NCBI GenBank assembly: GCA_965203865.1
Contig: OZ241916.1
Location: forward strand, 1,109,209 to 1,173,208
Source: Arenicellales bacterium
GTDB lineage: Bacteria; Pseudomonadota; Gammaproteobacteria; Arenicellales; JAJDZL01
Direction of reading: 5' to 3'
Length of the DNA stretch: 64,000 nt
Part shown: positions 38,643-48,798 of the stretch, in pieces
Position numbering within the stretch: the stretch's first letter is position 1
How the letters are laid out: every line of letters begins with the position of its first letter
The notes under the pieces: model-generated
Databases searched by the model: none
Seen by the model: the letters and a program-made list of their open reading frames with translations, nothing else
Told to the model about the DNA's origin: nothing
Program-made: the position numbers and the translations under genes

Positions 38643-39809
38643 CTACTTTGATTCTTCAAACAGTTCACGCCCAATTAATAGCCGGCGTATTTCACTGGTT
38701 CCGGCACCGATTTCGTAAAGCTTGGCATCTCGTAGCAATCGCCCCGTGGGAGATTCATTCATATAGCCCATGGCGCCAAGAATTTGTATAGCCTCCAAGG
38801 CACACTGCGTTGCTTTCTCAGCAGTAAACAGAATGACTCCAGCGGAATCTTTGCGAGTTGTTTCACCCCGGTCGCAGGCCTGTGCCACTGCGTATGCGTA
38901 TGCTCGCGATGCATTCAGTATAGTATACATGTCGGCAATTTTTCCCTGAATGAACTGAAATTCGCCAATTGATTGATTGAATTGCTTGCGATCGTGAATA
39001 TAGGGAACAACTACATCAAGACAGGACTGCATAATACCGATTGGTCCAGCGGAAAGCACTACTCTTTCATAATCCAGCCCGCTCATCAAAACATTCACCC
39101 CTTTGCCGATTTCGCCCAGTATATTTTCATGCGGCACAAGACAGTTTTCGAAAATGAGTTCACCGGTGTTGGAACCTCTCATGCCGAGCTTGTCAAGTTT
39201 TTGCGCAGTGGAAAAGCCTTCGAATTTACGCTCGATCAAAAATGTGCTAATCCCCCTTGGGCCGGCATCATGATCAGTTCGCGCATAAACAACCAGAACA
39301 TCAGCATCCGGTCCGTTTGTAATCCACATTTTATTCCCATTAAGAACATAGCCTTCATCTGTATGCTTGGCATCCATTTTCATGCTAACCACATCGGAGC
39401 CGGAGTTGGGTTCGGACATCGCCAGAGCACCAATATGTTCACCGCTAACCAGTTTGGGCAAATACCGTTGCTTTTGTTCTCGAGTTCCATTTCTTCGAAT
39501 TTGATTCACCGCCAGGTTTGAATGTGCACCGTACGACAATCCGACAGACGCAGAAGTGCGGCTGATCTCCTCCATAGCGACAACGTGTTCCAGGTATCCC
39601 ATGCCCGCTCCGCCGAATTCTTCTTCCACGGTTATACCGAGCAATCCAAGGTCCCCCAGTTTTGACCATAAATCCTGTGGAAATTCATTTTGCCGGTCAA
39701 TTTCGTCAGCGTATGGAGCGATTTCGCTTTCAGCAAATTCTCGGACGCTTTGTCGTAGCAGATCGGCAGTTTCACCGAGTGCAAAATTCAATGTGGGGTA
39801 GGATGTCAT
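38643..39809 (-). CDS. liuA: Isovaleryl-CoA dehydrogenase
   Basis: [41 protein letters not shown]. Confidence 0.95.
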   Translation of the reverse strand: MTSYPTLNFALGETADLLRQSVREFAESEIAPYADEIDRQNEFPQDLWSKLGDLGLLGITVEEEFGGAGMGYLEHVVAMEEISRTSASVGLSYGAHSNLAVNQIRRNGTREQKQRYLPKLVSGEHIGALAMSEPNSGSDVVSMKMDAKHTDEGYVLNGNKMWITNGPDADVLVVYARTDHDAGPRGISTFLIERKFEGFSTAQKLDKLGMRGSNTGELIFENCLVPHENILGEIGKGVNVLMSGLDYERVVLSAGPIGIMQSCLDVVVPYIHDRKQFNQSIGEFQFIQGKIADMYTILNASRAYAYAVAQACDRGETTRKDSAGVILFTAEKATQCALEAIQILGAMGYMNESPTGRLLRDAKLYEIGAGTSEIRRLLIGRELFEESK

Positions 39810-39816
39810 TTCTATT

Positions 39817-41058
39817 GGGATTTATATATATTGATAACCAGACCACTGTATACTGTTCTGCGCAGTGGGCATTCCAATGAATGCTTTAAGCCTTCCTTCT
39901 TCCTGCGCTTCGGGCCTCCCGCCCAAAGTGCCGTTTAATCCGACACGAAGAACATTGATTGCTGCATTTACATCCCTGTCTCCTTTGTAGCCACAAGCTT
40001 TGCAAAGATAAGTCCTATCGCTTAGTTTTATCTTTGTATCCGGCTTGTTTCCACAGTTGGAGCAGACTTGGGATGTAAACCTGGGATTGACTTTAGATAC
40101 AAAGCCACCGGCACTCTCAGCCTTGTAGCTTAGTATAGAATTAAAGTCGCCCCACGTTTGGTCAAGTATTGACCTGTTTAATCCGGCTTTACTGCTACCG
40201 CCAGTAGCTGTCATATTCTCAATTCTTAAGTCTTCTACGTAAAACTTGGAAGTGTAGTTCTTGATTAAGGAACGGGTTAGTTCATGCAGGTATCCTTTGT
40301 TCTTCTCGCCGACTCTCTGCCATTCCTTGCTTAAAGCAAGAACCTTCTTCTTTCTGCCGTTAGAACCTTTTACAGCTCTTGAAACTCTTTTGTGCAAGGA
40401 CCTTAGTTTAGTCCGGTCAACTTTTCTTTTAGAAACCTGCACACCATTGGAAAGACTAACTCTATTCAAGACTCCGGCATCTATGCCTATAGGACTTCTT
40501 TCATCCTCTACTTCCACATCCGGCAGCTCGCAAACCAGCTGAATCTTAATCCTTACAGGAGTCTTTACAATTCTAAGGAGCTTGGCTTCTCCCTTCAGTT
40601 CACCCTTGAACCTGAACTTGCCAATTCCTTTTATTCGGATGCACTGCCAAGGTCCTGCCTTGTGAATACGAAAAGAGTCTGTTTCAAAAGACTTGATTCC
40701 CCTGTTCCTTGGCTTGAACCTTGGAAACCCCGGCTTCTCTCCTTTCTTTACCCTGTCAAAAAATCTTTTGAATGCCTTGTCAAGTCTTCTTAAGCAGGTT
40801 CTTTGGGACGAGCAATGAAACTTCTCAAACCAATCATCTTCTTTCCTTATAGTTGTCAAAGACTTCTGCTGGTCAAGATAAGAAATACCTATATTCTGCT
40901 TTTCGTAAGCTTCTATTCTTTCCTGCAAGGCACAGTTCCACAAGAGTGTCTCCTGATTCAGAAACTCTTCCAGGTTCCTGTGGCAGTCCCTGGAAAGCTT
41001 GGCAGTATATGTATAAGTTCTAATCATGGCAATTGGTTATCATTGTATATAATATCCC
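39817..41058 (-). mobile_element. tnpB-only element, copy 2 (1242 bp), with 24-25 bp TIRs and 8-bp TSD AATAGAAA
   Basis: TIRs GGGATTTATATATATTGATAACCA (39817-39840) and TGGTTATCATTGTATATAATATCCC (41034-41058); TTTCTATT at 39809-39816 and 41059-41066. Confidence 0.92.
39822..41027 (-). CDS. tnpB: RNA-guided endonuclease TnpB (paralogue of 14650..15855)
   Basis: GIDAG, VEDL, CSNC/CKAC, DRDVNAAIN; about 68 of 401 residues differ from copy 1 (manual count). Confidence 0.95.
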   Translation of the reverse strand: MIRTYTYTAKLSRDCHRNLEEFLNQETLLWNCALQERIEAYEKQNIGISYLDQQKSLTTIRKEDDWFEKFHCSSQRTCLRRLDKAFKRFFDRVKKGEKPGFPRFKPRNRGIKSFETDSFRIHKAGPWQCIRIKGIGKFRFKGELKGEAKLLRIVKTPVRIKIQLVCELPDVEVEDERSPIGIDAGVLNRVSLSNGVQVSKRKVDRTKLRSLHKRVSRAVKGSNGRKKKVLALSKEWQRVGEKNKGYLHELTRSLIKNYTSKFYVEDLRIENMTATGGSSKAGLNRSILDQTWGDFNSILSYKAESAGGFVSKVNPRFTSQVCSNCGNKPDTKIKLSDRTYLCKACGYKGDRDVNAAINVLRVGLNGTLGGRPEAQEEGRLKAFIGMPTAQNSIQWSGYQYI

Positions 41059-41065
41059 TTTCTAT

Positions 41066-41527
41066 TCACTTGGGCTTGAGACTAATTAGCGTTTGAAGCA
41101 CTGTTGCACAAAGTGTTGGCTGGTTGCCGGAAAATACATTCACTTCAATATTGGTAAAAAATAATGTCCTGCCCGGTTTGACGACTTTGCCTTCTGCGAT
41201 CAGGAAATCGCCCTTGGCAGGCGCAAGCAAATTAATCTTGAACTCAACGGTAAGCACGCGATAATTCTCGGGCATTAATGTCAGCCCCGCGTATCCTCCG
41301 GCAGAATCAGCAATCGTGCTTGTTGCGCCTGCATGAAAGAAGCCATCTTGTTGAGAAAGTGCTTCATTGAAGGGCAAATGGATTGTACATCGTCCGGCTT
41401 CTACCGTTTCAAGAGTCGCTCCAAGCAGTCGCATGATTCCCTGACTGTTAAAGCTCTCCCTCACAACTTCCTCAAAGTTGGAGTTGGGGGGAGAGTATCT
41501 TGAAACTGGAGTGCTGGGCATTTGCAA
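41066..41527 (-). CDS. PaaI-family hotdog thioesterase
   Basis: QQDGFFHAGATSTIADSAGGYA, VLTVEFKINLLAPA. Confidence 0.92.
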   Translation of the reverse strand: MQMPSTPVSRYSPPNSNFEEVVRESFNSQGIMRLLGATLETVEAGRCTIHLPFNEALSQQDGFFHAGATSTIADSAGGYAGLTLMPENYRVLTVEFKINLLAPAKGDFLIAEGKVVKPGRTLFFTNIEVNVFSGNQPTLCATVLQTLISLKPK

Positions 41528-41914
41528 AGTGTGTATTTGTGTCCAAAGGCTACTGTCAATTTTTCTGTTTAAGGAATATATTATAGCGAATATATCTAGC
41601 TCAACAATTCAGTGTTTCGTACTCTCTGAATTAAAAGGCAATAGCGGCAAGAAAATTTATTCTGGCATACATACATGACATGCCGCTCGCACCGTTGTTG
41701 CATTGAATGCTTAGTTGCAAGTTATTCCGCTTGACCTTCAAGTTTCGTATATCAATATGGAATAAACGGGCATTTTGGCTGTAATCAGTCGCTCCGAATT
41801 CTTATAGTTTCCCTTGAAAGATTTTGCTATCCGCATATTCTTCAACCAAGCATAATGATACTCAATGATTAAAACGGTTGACCGAATTTTTGGTTATGTA
41901 CTTGTTGACAGGCA

Positions 41915-42526
41915 TCAAAATTCATCCGATGATATAGCAATTTTTTGCACCATCCGCACCATCCAGACTGGCATGTGGCTGACATTACGGAGCAAATTGT
42001 GCTTTACATTGTGGGGGAGAATTCTTTTTAGGTGCACAATAATATTGTCATTGTTATTTAATTGATTTTCTCTCAGCCAGCGTAGAGCCTGAACAACTGG
42101 GCCGGCCGGCTGGTTCGCCCAAAACATGGTGTTGGAACTCGCATGCTGGAGAACCAATTTTTCCCCGTCAATGTGAATTACACGAGAAACACCATCTGTG
42201 AGATAGACTACTTCCTCTGGTTCTTGGTCGGACAACTGCAGACGGTAAGCCGCCTCCATACCAGATATCATTACACGGATATTATCTCGCCGAATAATGG
42301 CTCGAATTACGTGAATGCGTAGAAATGTACTGCTTGATGGCAGCGTATACATACCGCGTGCTATGCGAACGAGTTTGCGTTTTTTTACCAGTCGGGATAA
42401 TGCCTTGTCTATTGCATGTCGGCTTCCCAAATCCAGAAAATCCCGCGAGATAGAAACCCATCCGTCTCGCCCGTATGACCTCATTCGACGCATTATTTCA
42501 TTTTCAATTTTGAGACTTGTATACAT
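41915..42526 (-). CDS. DUF6088/AbiEi-like (type IV TA antitoxin-type) wHTH protein
   Basis: DFLDLGSRHAIDKALSRLVK...RIARGMY, AAYRLQLS.Q.P..VVYLTDG, VVQALRWL. Confidence 0.78.
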   Translation of the reverse strand: MYTSLKIENEIMRRMRSYGRDGWVSISRDFLDLGSRHAIDKALSRLVKKRKLVRIARGMYTLPSSSTFLRIHVIRAIIRRDNIRVMISGMEAAYRLQLSDQEPEEVVYLTDGVSRVIHIDGEKLVLQHASSNTMFWANQPAGPVVQALRWLRENQLNNNDNIIVHLKRILPHNVKHNLLRNVSHMPVWMVRMVQKIAISSDEF

Positions 42527-42932
42527 GTTTATCCAGAATAATAAGTAGGCATACTTTTCTGCGCAGTCAGCACCCCAACTGGTACTTTACTTCTTCCTTT
42601 TCCCTGCTCTTTGGGCATTTCGCGTAAAGTACCGTTCAAACCGATACGAAGAACATTGTTTGGTGCATTCAGATACCGGGCTTCCATATAACCCAAGAAC
42701 CCATATCTGTATTTGCGCTGACTTGGGTACAGCGTTTTATCCGGCTTGTGTTCGTATTTTGAACAGACTTGGGATGTAAATTCTGGAGAGACTTTCCTCG
42801 CAAAGCCACCGGTATTCCCAGCCTTGTAACTCGGCAGAGCCCAAAACTCTTCGAGATTCTTGTGTGTATCGGAAGACAAACTTCCAGTGTATGTAAAAGT
42901 TCTAATCATGGTTAAACAGATATGTAAGTCCT
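42512..42932 (-). mobile_element. Degenerate internally deleted copy 3 (421 bp) of the tnpB-TIR element
   Basis: Decayed TIRs GAGACTTGTATA (from 42512) and TATGTAAGTCCT (to 42932); near-TSD TCAATTTT (42504-42511) / TTAATTTT (42933-42940). Confidence 0.75.
42529..42909 (-). pseudogene. tnpB: tnpB remnant (in-frame deletion of ~273 codons)
   Basis: MIRTFTYT..NLEEF fused to ..YKAGNTGGF..FTSQVCS..VLRIGLNGTL; three Zn-finger Cys and the RuvC-III Asp lost. Confidence 0.85.
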
Positions 42933-43163
42933 TTAATTTTTCATAGGGTGAATCGGTCCTGTTAGCAATTTGACCCAACTGCAATATCACCTGTACGGAG
43001 ATACGCTGCGGTTTTTTGGTAAAATCTGCGTAACAAGTTGTCGAGTTCTAATTAATCAAAGGGAATTACACAAGCATGCTTGCTTCAAATTCAGAATAAA
43101 TGCCAAACGAAAAAAAACAGATTTTTTCAATCACCTGTACTAAACTTGAGAGTTGAATTTGAT

Positions 43164-44126
43164 ATGCGGGTTCATTTGGCACAACCCAGAGGATTTTGCG
43201 CCGGGGTTCAACGCGCAATAGATATTGTCGAAATGGCCCTGGAGAAATTTGGTCCGCCGGTCTTTGTTCGGCATGAAATCGTTCATAACAAGCATATTGT
43301 TGAAAATTTGAAGGCAAAGGGCGTGGTTTTTGTAGACCGGGTTGAGGATATTCCGGAGGGTGCTGTAACAATATTCAGTGCTCACGGTGTTTCCGATGAA
43401 GTTGAGCGGGAAGCGAAAAATCGTGACTTGCCGGTTGTGGATGCGACTTGTCCTTTAGTGTCAAAGGTGCATGTCCAAGTCAAGAAGTTTGAAAAGGCAG
43501 GGCGCGAGATAGTGCTCATCGGACATCAGGGGCATCCTGAAGTGGAAGGTACGGCAGGTCGAACCAGCCAGCCTGTATACATTGTAGATACGGTTGAAGC
43601 GGCAAACAATTTATGCGTTTGCAATCCGGACAATTTGGCTTATGTTACGCAAACTACGTTGTCAGTAGACGATACACGAGAAATAATTGCAGCACTGAAG
43701 AAGCGCTTTCCTTCAATCAAGGGACCAAGCACAACTGATATTTGCTATGCCACCCAGAATCGACAGGAAGCCGTGTTGAAATTGTCCAAAGTCGTTGACC
43801 TGATACTTGTCGTTGGTGCGGAAAACAGTTCCAATTCAAATCGATTGGTTGAAATCGGCCTGAAAACAGGAGTTCCGACCTTTCTCATAGAAGGACCGGC
43901 TCAAATTCAATCCCATTGGCTTTCCGGCAAAGATAAAGTGGGCATTACTGCCGGCGCATCAGCACCAGAGGAACTGGTTGCGGCAGTTGTAGACAAGCTC
44001 CGAGAGTTTTCCGGTGTTGAAGTTGTGAACCAGCCTGGAATTTCCGAAACTGTTCAATTCAAGCTTCCGCACGCGATTATGAATCCGCCGGCGAATTTTC
44101 CGACTCAACTGGTTTCATCCAACTAA
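43164..44126 (+). CDS. ispH: 4-hydroxy-3-methylbut-2-enyl diphosphate reductase
   Basis: PRGFCAGV, HEIVHN, DATCPLVSKVH, QTTLS, DICYATQNRQ, SSNSNRL; ATG 43164 preferred. Confidence 0.95.
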   Translation: MRVHLAQPRGFCAGVQRAIDIVEMALEKFGPPVFVRHEIVHNKHIVENLKAKGVVFVDRVEDIPEGAVTIFSAHGVSDEVEREAKNRDLPVVDATCPLVSKVHVQVKKFEKAGREIVLIGHQGHPEVEGTAGRTSQPVYIVDTVEAANNLCVCNPDNLAYVTQTTLSVDDTREIIAALKKRFPSIKGPSTTDICYATQNRQEAVLKLSKVVDLILVVGAENSSNSNRLVEIGLKTGVPTFLIEGPAQIQSHWLSGKDKVGITAGASAPEELVAAVVDKLREFSGVEVVNQPGISETVQFKLPHAIMNPPANFPTQLVSSN

Positions 44127-44175
44127 GTAGAGAATGTAGAATTTTGGCAAATATTTGACTATGGAATTTTGAGCA

Positions 44176-47100
44176 ATGGCTTTAGCAGTAGAATCCAGAT
44201 ATACCCCCGAGTGTCAAGCGGCAAGCGAGCGGCGTTTGCGCTTTGTAACAGCTACTAGCCTGTTTGACGGGCATGATGCTTCAATTAATGTAATTCGCCG
44301 CTTGTTGCAATCATCAGGAGCTGAGGTTATTCATTTGGGCCATAATCGGTCCGTTCGTGAAATCGTCTCGGCCGCAGTACAGGAGGATGCCCATGCAATC
44401 GCAGTCAGCTCATATCAGGGCGGGCATGTCGAGTTTTTCAAATACATCATTGATATGCTGCGTGAATTTGACCGTAGCGAGATAAAGGTCTTTGGCGGCG
44501 GTGGTGGTGTAATCATTCCTGAGGAGATAGAGGAGCTGGAAACTTATGGTGTTACCAAAATTTATTCTCCTTCGGATGGCCAATCCTTTGGTCTCCAGGG
44601 AATGATTGACGACATTGTTGAGAGGTGTAACAGCGTTGTTAAAACTGAGTACTATCAGGAAAAAGCGAACCAATCGGAATTTGGTGCCCTTGCACGGCTA
44701 ATTTCGGCTATTGAAGATAATCATCCGCAGGTGAAGTCAATTCGCTCCAAGAGTCGGGCAACATCATCGATTCCGGTTATCGGTATTACGGGAACTGGCG
44801 GGTCGGGAAAGTCTTCACTGACAGACGAATTGATACAAAGGTTCAGATGCTATACAAAAAATGAAACAAAGGTTGCGGTAATCGCTGTAGATCCAACGCG
44901 TAAAAAAACGGGCGGCGCATTGCTGGGCGATCGAATTCGAATGAACGCGAATGACAGCGACCATGTATTTATGCGATCGCTTGCAACACGCGGTGCTTCG
45001 GGAATTCCGGAATACTTGACAGAGGTAATCAACGCCTGCAAAGACTGGAGTTTTGATGTAGTCATAGTCGAAACACCGGGTATCGGACAGGGGGATACGG
45101 CGATTGTTCCTTACGTGGACCACACCATTTACGTGATGACTCCGGAATTCGGTGCAGCCAGCCAACTGGAAAAGATCGACATGCTTGATTTTGCAGACTT
45201 TGTGGTGGTTAACAAGTACGATTCAAAGGGTGCAGAGGATGCCCATCGATTTGTTTGCAAGCAAGTACAGCGCAATCGCGGCGATTTTGATCGACCATTA
45301 GAGGATTTTCCTGTCTATGGCACGATTTCATCCCGATTCAATGATGAAGGAGTAACCGCCTTGTTCAAAGCAATTCTTGATCGTTGCAATACAATTGAAT
45401 CAAACGATAGCCTGCCAGAAAATTTAGAAAAAACATCAAAGCACTGTGCAAGTTCGATTCCAGTAGCGCGTGCAAACTATCTGGCCGAAATTGTCGAATC
45501 GATCGTTGCCTACAGAGAGCAAGTGGAACAGCAGTCGCAAGTGGTTCGGGAAATGCAGCAAATTGTTGCATGTCGCGGAATGCTGAATGATTCCACTGGC
45601 GAAACAGATGCCGCCTTGGATATGCTGTTGAGTTCCCGAAGCACCGCAGTTGATCCCGAATCTGAAAAATTACTAGAAGACTGGCAGGACAAAATACAGC
45701 AATATCGGAGCGATGATGCAGAGAGTCCGGAAAATTTAGGAACTTATGTTTACCGAAAAACGCTTTCTGGAACGCAATTGCCCCGGTTTGGCTTGCCGAA
45801 ATTTTCAGACCAGGGAGACATGCTCAGGTGGTTGATGCTTGAAAACTTACCAGGGTACTTTCCTTTTACCGGAGGTGTTTTTCCGTTCAAGCGAGAAGAT
45901 GAAGATCCAACCCGAATGTTTGCGGGCGAGGGCGGGCCGAAGCGAACTAACAAGAGATTCAAGATGCTGTCCATGCATTCAGAAGCCAAGCGACTGTCGA
46001 CAGCATTCGATTCTGTATCCCTGTATGGATTCGATCCGGATGAACGTCCCGACATTTACGGAAAGATTGGAAATTCCGGTGTGTCAATCGCAACCCTGGA
46101 TGACATGAAAGACTTGTACAAAGATTTTGATCTGTGCAACAAGTACACATCGATTTCCATGACCATTAACGGACCGGCACCAACTTACTTGGCAATGCTG
46201 CTCAATGTTGCAGTTGACCAGCAGACAGCTCTTTTTGAAAAAGAAAACAATCGTGCTGCAAGTGGTAGTGAGTATGAAGAAATTCGAGCAAGTGCACTTC
46301 GGAGAGTCAGGGGGACCGTGCAGGCGGATATTTTGAAAGAAGACCAAGGGCAGAATACATGCATATTTTCCACTGAGTTCAGTCTCAAGGTCATGGGAGA
46401 TATACAAGAGTACTTTATTGCAAACGAGATTCGTCGATTTTACTCGGTTTCAATTTCAGGCTATCACATTGCCGAAGCTGGTGCGAATCCGATTTCGCAA
46501 CTTGCATTTACGTTGGCCAACGCATTTACTTACATTGAGATGTACTTGGCGCGCGGCATGCATATCGACGATATCGCGCCGAACTTGTCATTCTTTTTCT
46601 CGAACGGACTGGATGCAGAATACACAGTAATGGGGCGCGTGGCGCGAAGGATCTGGGCAGTAGCACTTAAATGCCGCTACGGTGCGAATACTCGTAGCCA
46701 ACGGTTGAAATACCATATCCAGACATCTGGTCGGTCATTGCATGCTCAGGAAATAGATTTCAATGATATTCGTACAACTTTGCAGGCGCTCATAGCGATA
46801 TATGACAATTGCAACAGTCTTCACACGAATGCGTACGACGAAGCAATCACAACACCGACAGAAGAGTCGGTTCGCCGGGCAATGGCAATTCAGTTGATTA
46901 TTAACAAGGAGTGGGGGCTTGCAAAGTGTGAGAATCCCAATCAGGGCAGTTATATTCTGGAAGAGCTTACGGATTTGGTTGAAGAAGCCGTTCTTGCGAA
47001 ATTCAGTGAGATTTCCATCCGAGGGGGTGTGCTGGGTGCAATGGAAACTGGGTACCAGAGAGGTCAGATTCAGGATCAATCCTTATATTATGAAAGGAGG

Positions 47101-47406
47101 AAGCATGACGGAAGCTTGCCCATTGTGGGGGTCAATACTTTTTTGAATCCCAATTCTCAGGAACAACCAACAATTGACTTGGCCAGGTCGACCGACAGTG
47201 AAAAAGGGGAGCAAATTAAACGACTCAGGGCGTTTCAAAAGCGGAACAGTGAACACTCGGAAAAAGCACTGGACAACCTCAAATCTGCCGTACTTGAGAA
47301 CAGCAATATTTTTGCCGAATTAATGAATACTGTGCGCCATTGCTCAGTGGGCCAAATTACATCGGCATTGTTTGAGGTCGGTGGAAAATATAGACGAAAT
47401 ATGTAA
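44176..47406 (+). CDS. icmF: Fused isobutyryl-CoA mutase/MeaI GTPase
   Basis: B12 domain FDGHDASIN, GTGGSGKSS, ETPGIGQ, VNKYD, mutase domain RMFAGEG, GTVQADILKEDQGQN. Confidence 0.93.
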   Translation: MALAVESRYTPECQAASERRLRFVTATSLFDGHDASINVIRRLLQSSGAEVIHLGHNRSVREIVSAAVQEDAHAIAVSSYQGGHVEFFKYIIDMLREFDRSEIKVFGGGGGVIIPEEIEELETYGVTKIYSPSDGQSFGLQGMIDDIVERCNSVVKTEYYQEKANQSEFGALARLISAIEDNHPQVKSIRSKSRATSSIPVIGITGTGGSGKSSLTDELIQRFRCYTKNETKVAVIAVDPTRKKTGGALLGDRIRMNANDSDHVFMRSLATRGASGIPEYLTEVINACKDWSFDVVIVETPGIGQGDTAIVPYVDHTIYVMTPEFGAASQLEKIDMLDFADFVVVNKYDSKGAEDAHRFVCKQVQRNRGDFDRPLEDFPVYGTISSRFNDEGVTALFKAILDRCNTIESNDSLPENLEKTSKHCASSIPVARANYLAEIVESIVAYREQVEQQSQVVREMQQIVACRGMLNDSTGETDAALDMLLSSRSTAVDPESEKLLEDWQDKIQQYRSDDAESPENLGTYVYRKTLSGTQLPRFGLPKFSDQGDMLRWLMLENLPGYFPFTGGVFPFKREDEDPTRMFAGEGGPKRTNKRFKMLSMHSEAKRLSTAFDSVSLYGFDPDERPDIYGKIGNSGVSIATLDDMKDLYKDFDLCNKYTSISMTINGPAPTYLAMLLNVAVDQQTALFEKENNRAASGSEYEEIRASALRRVRGTVQADILKEDQGQNTCIFSTEFSLKVMGDIQEYFIANEIRRFYSVSISGYHIAEAGANPISQLAFTLANAFTYIEMYLARGMHIDDIAPNLSFFFSNGLDAEYTVMGRVARRIWAVALKCRYGANTRSQRLKYHIQTSGRSLHAQEIDFNDIRTTLQALIAIYDNCNSLHTNAYDEAITTPTEESVRRAMAIQLIINKEWGLAKCENPNQGSYILEELTDLVEEAVLAKFSEISIRGGVLGAMETGYQRGQIQDQSLYYERRKHDGSLPIVGVNTFLNPNSQEQPTIDLARSTDSEKGEQIKRLRAFQKRNSEHSEKALDNLKSAVLENSNIFAELMNTVRHCSVGQITSALFEVGGKYRRNM

Positions 47407-47581
47407 GTTGACCGCTGTTGTTACAATAACTCGTTCTATTCATGGTAATTTCTTTTTACAAGCAGTAATTGGTTGCTAGTTGAATTACATTTGTTCGCGA
47501 CCGGAAATTTGTACAGTTTTCGATTGCCCCCTTTCATAGCTCCGTAGTAACGCGGAGCATTACAGCCCCCCAGGAGGCTTC

Positions 47582-48784
47582 ATGAATTCTCCCGCTGAAC
47601 CATTCGCAAGAATGGGTTCAAATGTGTGCTTGCTATCAGTGAGCAACGCCATAATGTACACTGTGAATGCTGTGTTAATTGCATCAGCTGCTCTGGTTGG
47701 TGCAAGACTTGCTGCAAGCCCCATATATTCAACTGTCCCGGTATTTATGCTATTCGTATCCAGCATGGGATTTGCATTTCCGGCATCAATGCTGATGAAA
47801 TTTATTGGCAGGCGAATGGGCTTTCAGATTGCCGCCTGCCTTGGAAGTATAGGGGCGTTCATCTGCTGCTATGCAATTACAGTTCAGAGTTTCTTCCTGT
47901 TTTGCGTAGGGATTGGCATGATTGGAATACACAATGCGTTTGGCGCGTTCTATCGATTTGCAGCCGCCGATGTTTCCACAGAGGATTTCAAAAGTCGCGC
48001 AATATCCTATGTGCTGGCGGGTAGTGTTGTCGCAGCATTTATTGGCCCCAACTTGGCAAATTTGACTAAAAACTCAATCTCGGAGAGTTTGTTTGCCGGT
48101 AGTTATTTGTCTGCCGGGGTGTGCTTTCTGCTTGCCTTGGTGGTCGTTTCATTTCTTCAAGTTCCAAATGTAAACGCCGAGGAAGAGAAGAAAGCAGGAA
48201 GACCATTGATACAAATTGCTTCGCAACCGATGTTCTGGCTAGCCTTATGTAGTGCTACAGTCGGCTACGGAGTTATGAATTTGCTCATGACTTCTACTCC
48301 ACTTGCCATGCACGCTCAGGAAATGCATTTCGGAAAGACCGCACAGGTGATTCAATGGCATATAGTATCAATGTTTGCCCCATCCTTTTTTACGGGTCAC
48401 CTGATTCGTAAATTTGGTGAACTCAATATAATTTTTTCTGGCGTTTGTGTTCTGATTGCTTGCATTGCGGTCAGTTTTTTGCTGGGCGATTCGTTCATAT
48501 CATTCTTGCTGACCTTGATATTGCTGGGAATTGGTTGGAACTTTACATTTATTGGCGGCACAACATTACTGACAACAACCTATGCTCCAAGCGAAAAGGC
48601 AAAAGTTCAGGGGCTTAACGATACTGTCATCTTTTCAGTGGTTTCAGTGACTGCGCTGATGTCAGGCGTGCTGCATCACTTGTGGGGATGGCATATGATT
48701 TGCTTGAGCACTTTGCTTCCAATACTTGCAATTGGAGTATTTGTACTTTGGCTCAAGCGACAGAGAGTTGTCCCCGCGGTATGA
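47582..48784 (+). CDS. MFS transporter
   Basis: ~12 TM segments, YRFAAAD, VIQWHIVSMFAPSFFTG, GIGWNFTFIGGT. Confidence 0.85.
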   Translation: MNSPAEPFARMGSNVCLLSVSNAIMYTVNAVLIASAALVGARLAASPIYSTVPVFMLFVSSMGFAFPASMLMKFIGRRMGFQIAACLGSIGAFICCYAITVQSFFLFCVGIGMIGIHNAFGAFYRFAAADVSTEDFKSRAISYVLAGSVVAAFIGPNLANLTKNSISESLFAGSYLSAGVCFLLALVVVSFLQVPNVNAEEEKKAGRPLIQIASQPMFWLALCSATVGYGVMNLLMTSTPLAMHAQEMHFGKTAQVIQWHIVSMFAPSFFTGHLIRKFGELNIIFSGVCVLIACIAVSFLLGDSFISFLLTLILLGIGWNFTFIGGTTLLTTTYAPSEKAKVQGLNDTVIFSVVSVTALMSGVLHHLWGWHMICLSTLLPILAIGVFVLWLKRQRVVPAV

Positions 48785-48798
48785 ACCTCATTGCATAA

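Noticed and set aside
42910-42990. 27-aa N-terminal extension of ORF 42529..42990
   Set aside because: It crosses the element boundary; homology to tnpB starts at ATG 42909.
44176-47406. Mutase-GTPase fusion as a novelty
   Set aside because: This is the well-described IcmF.
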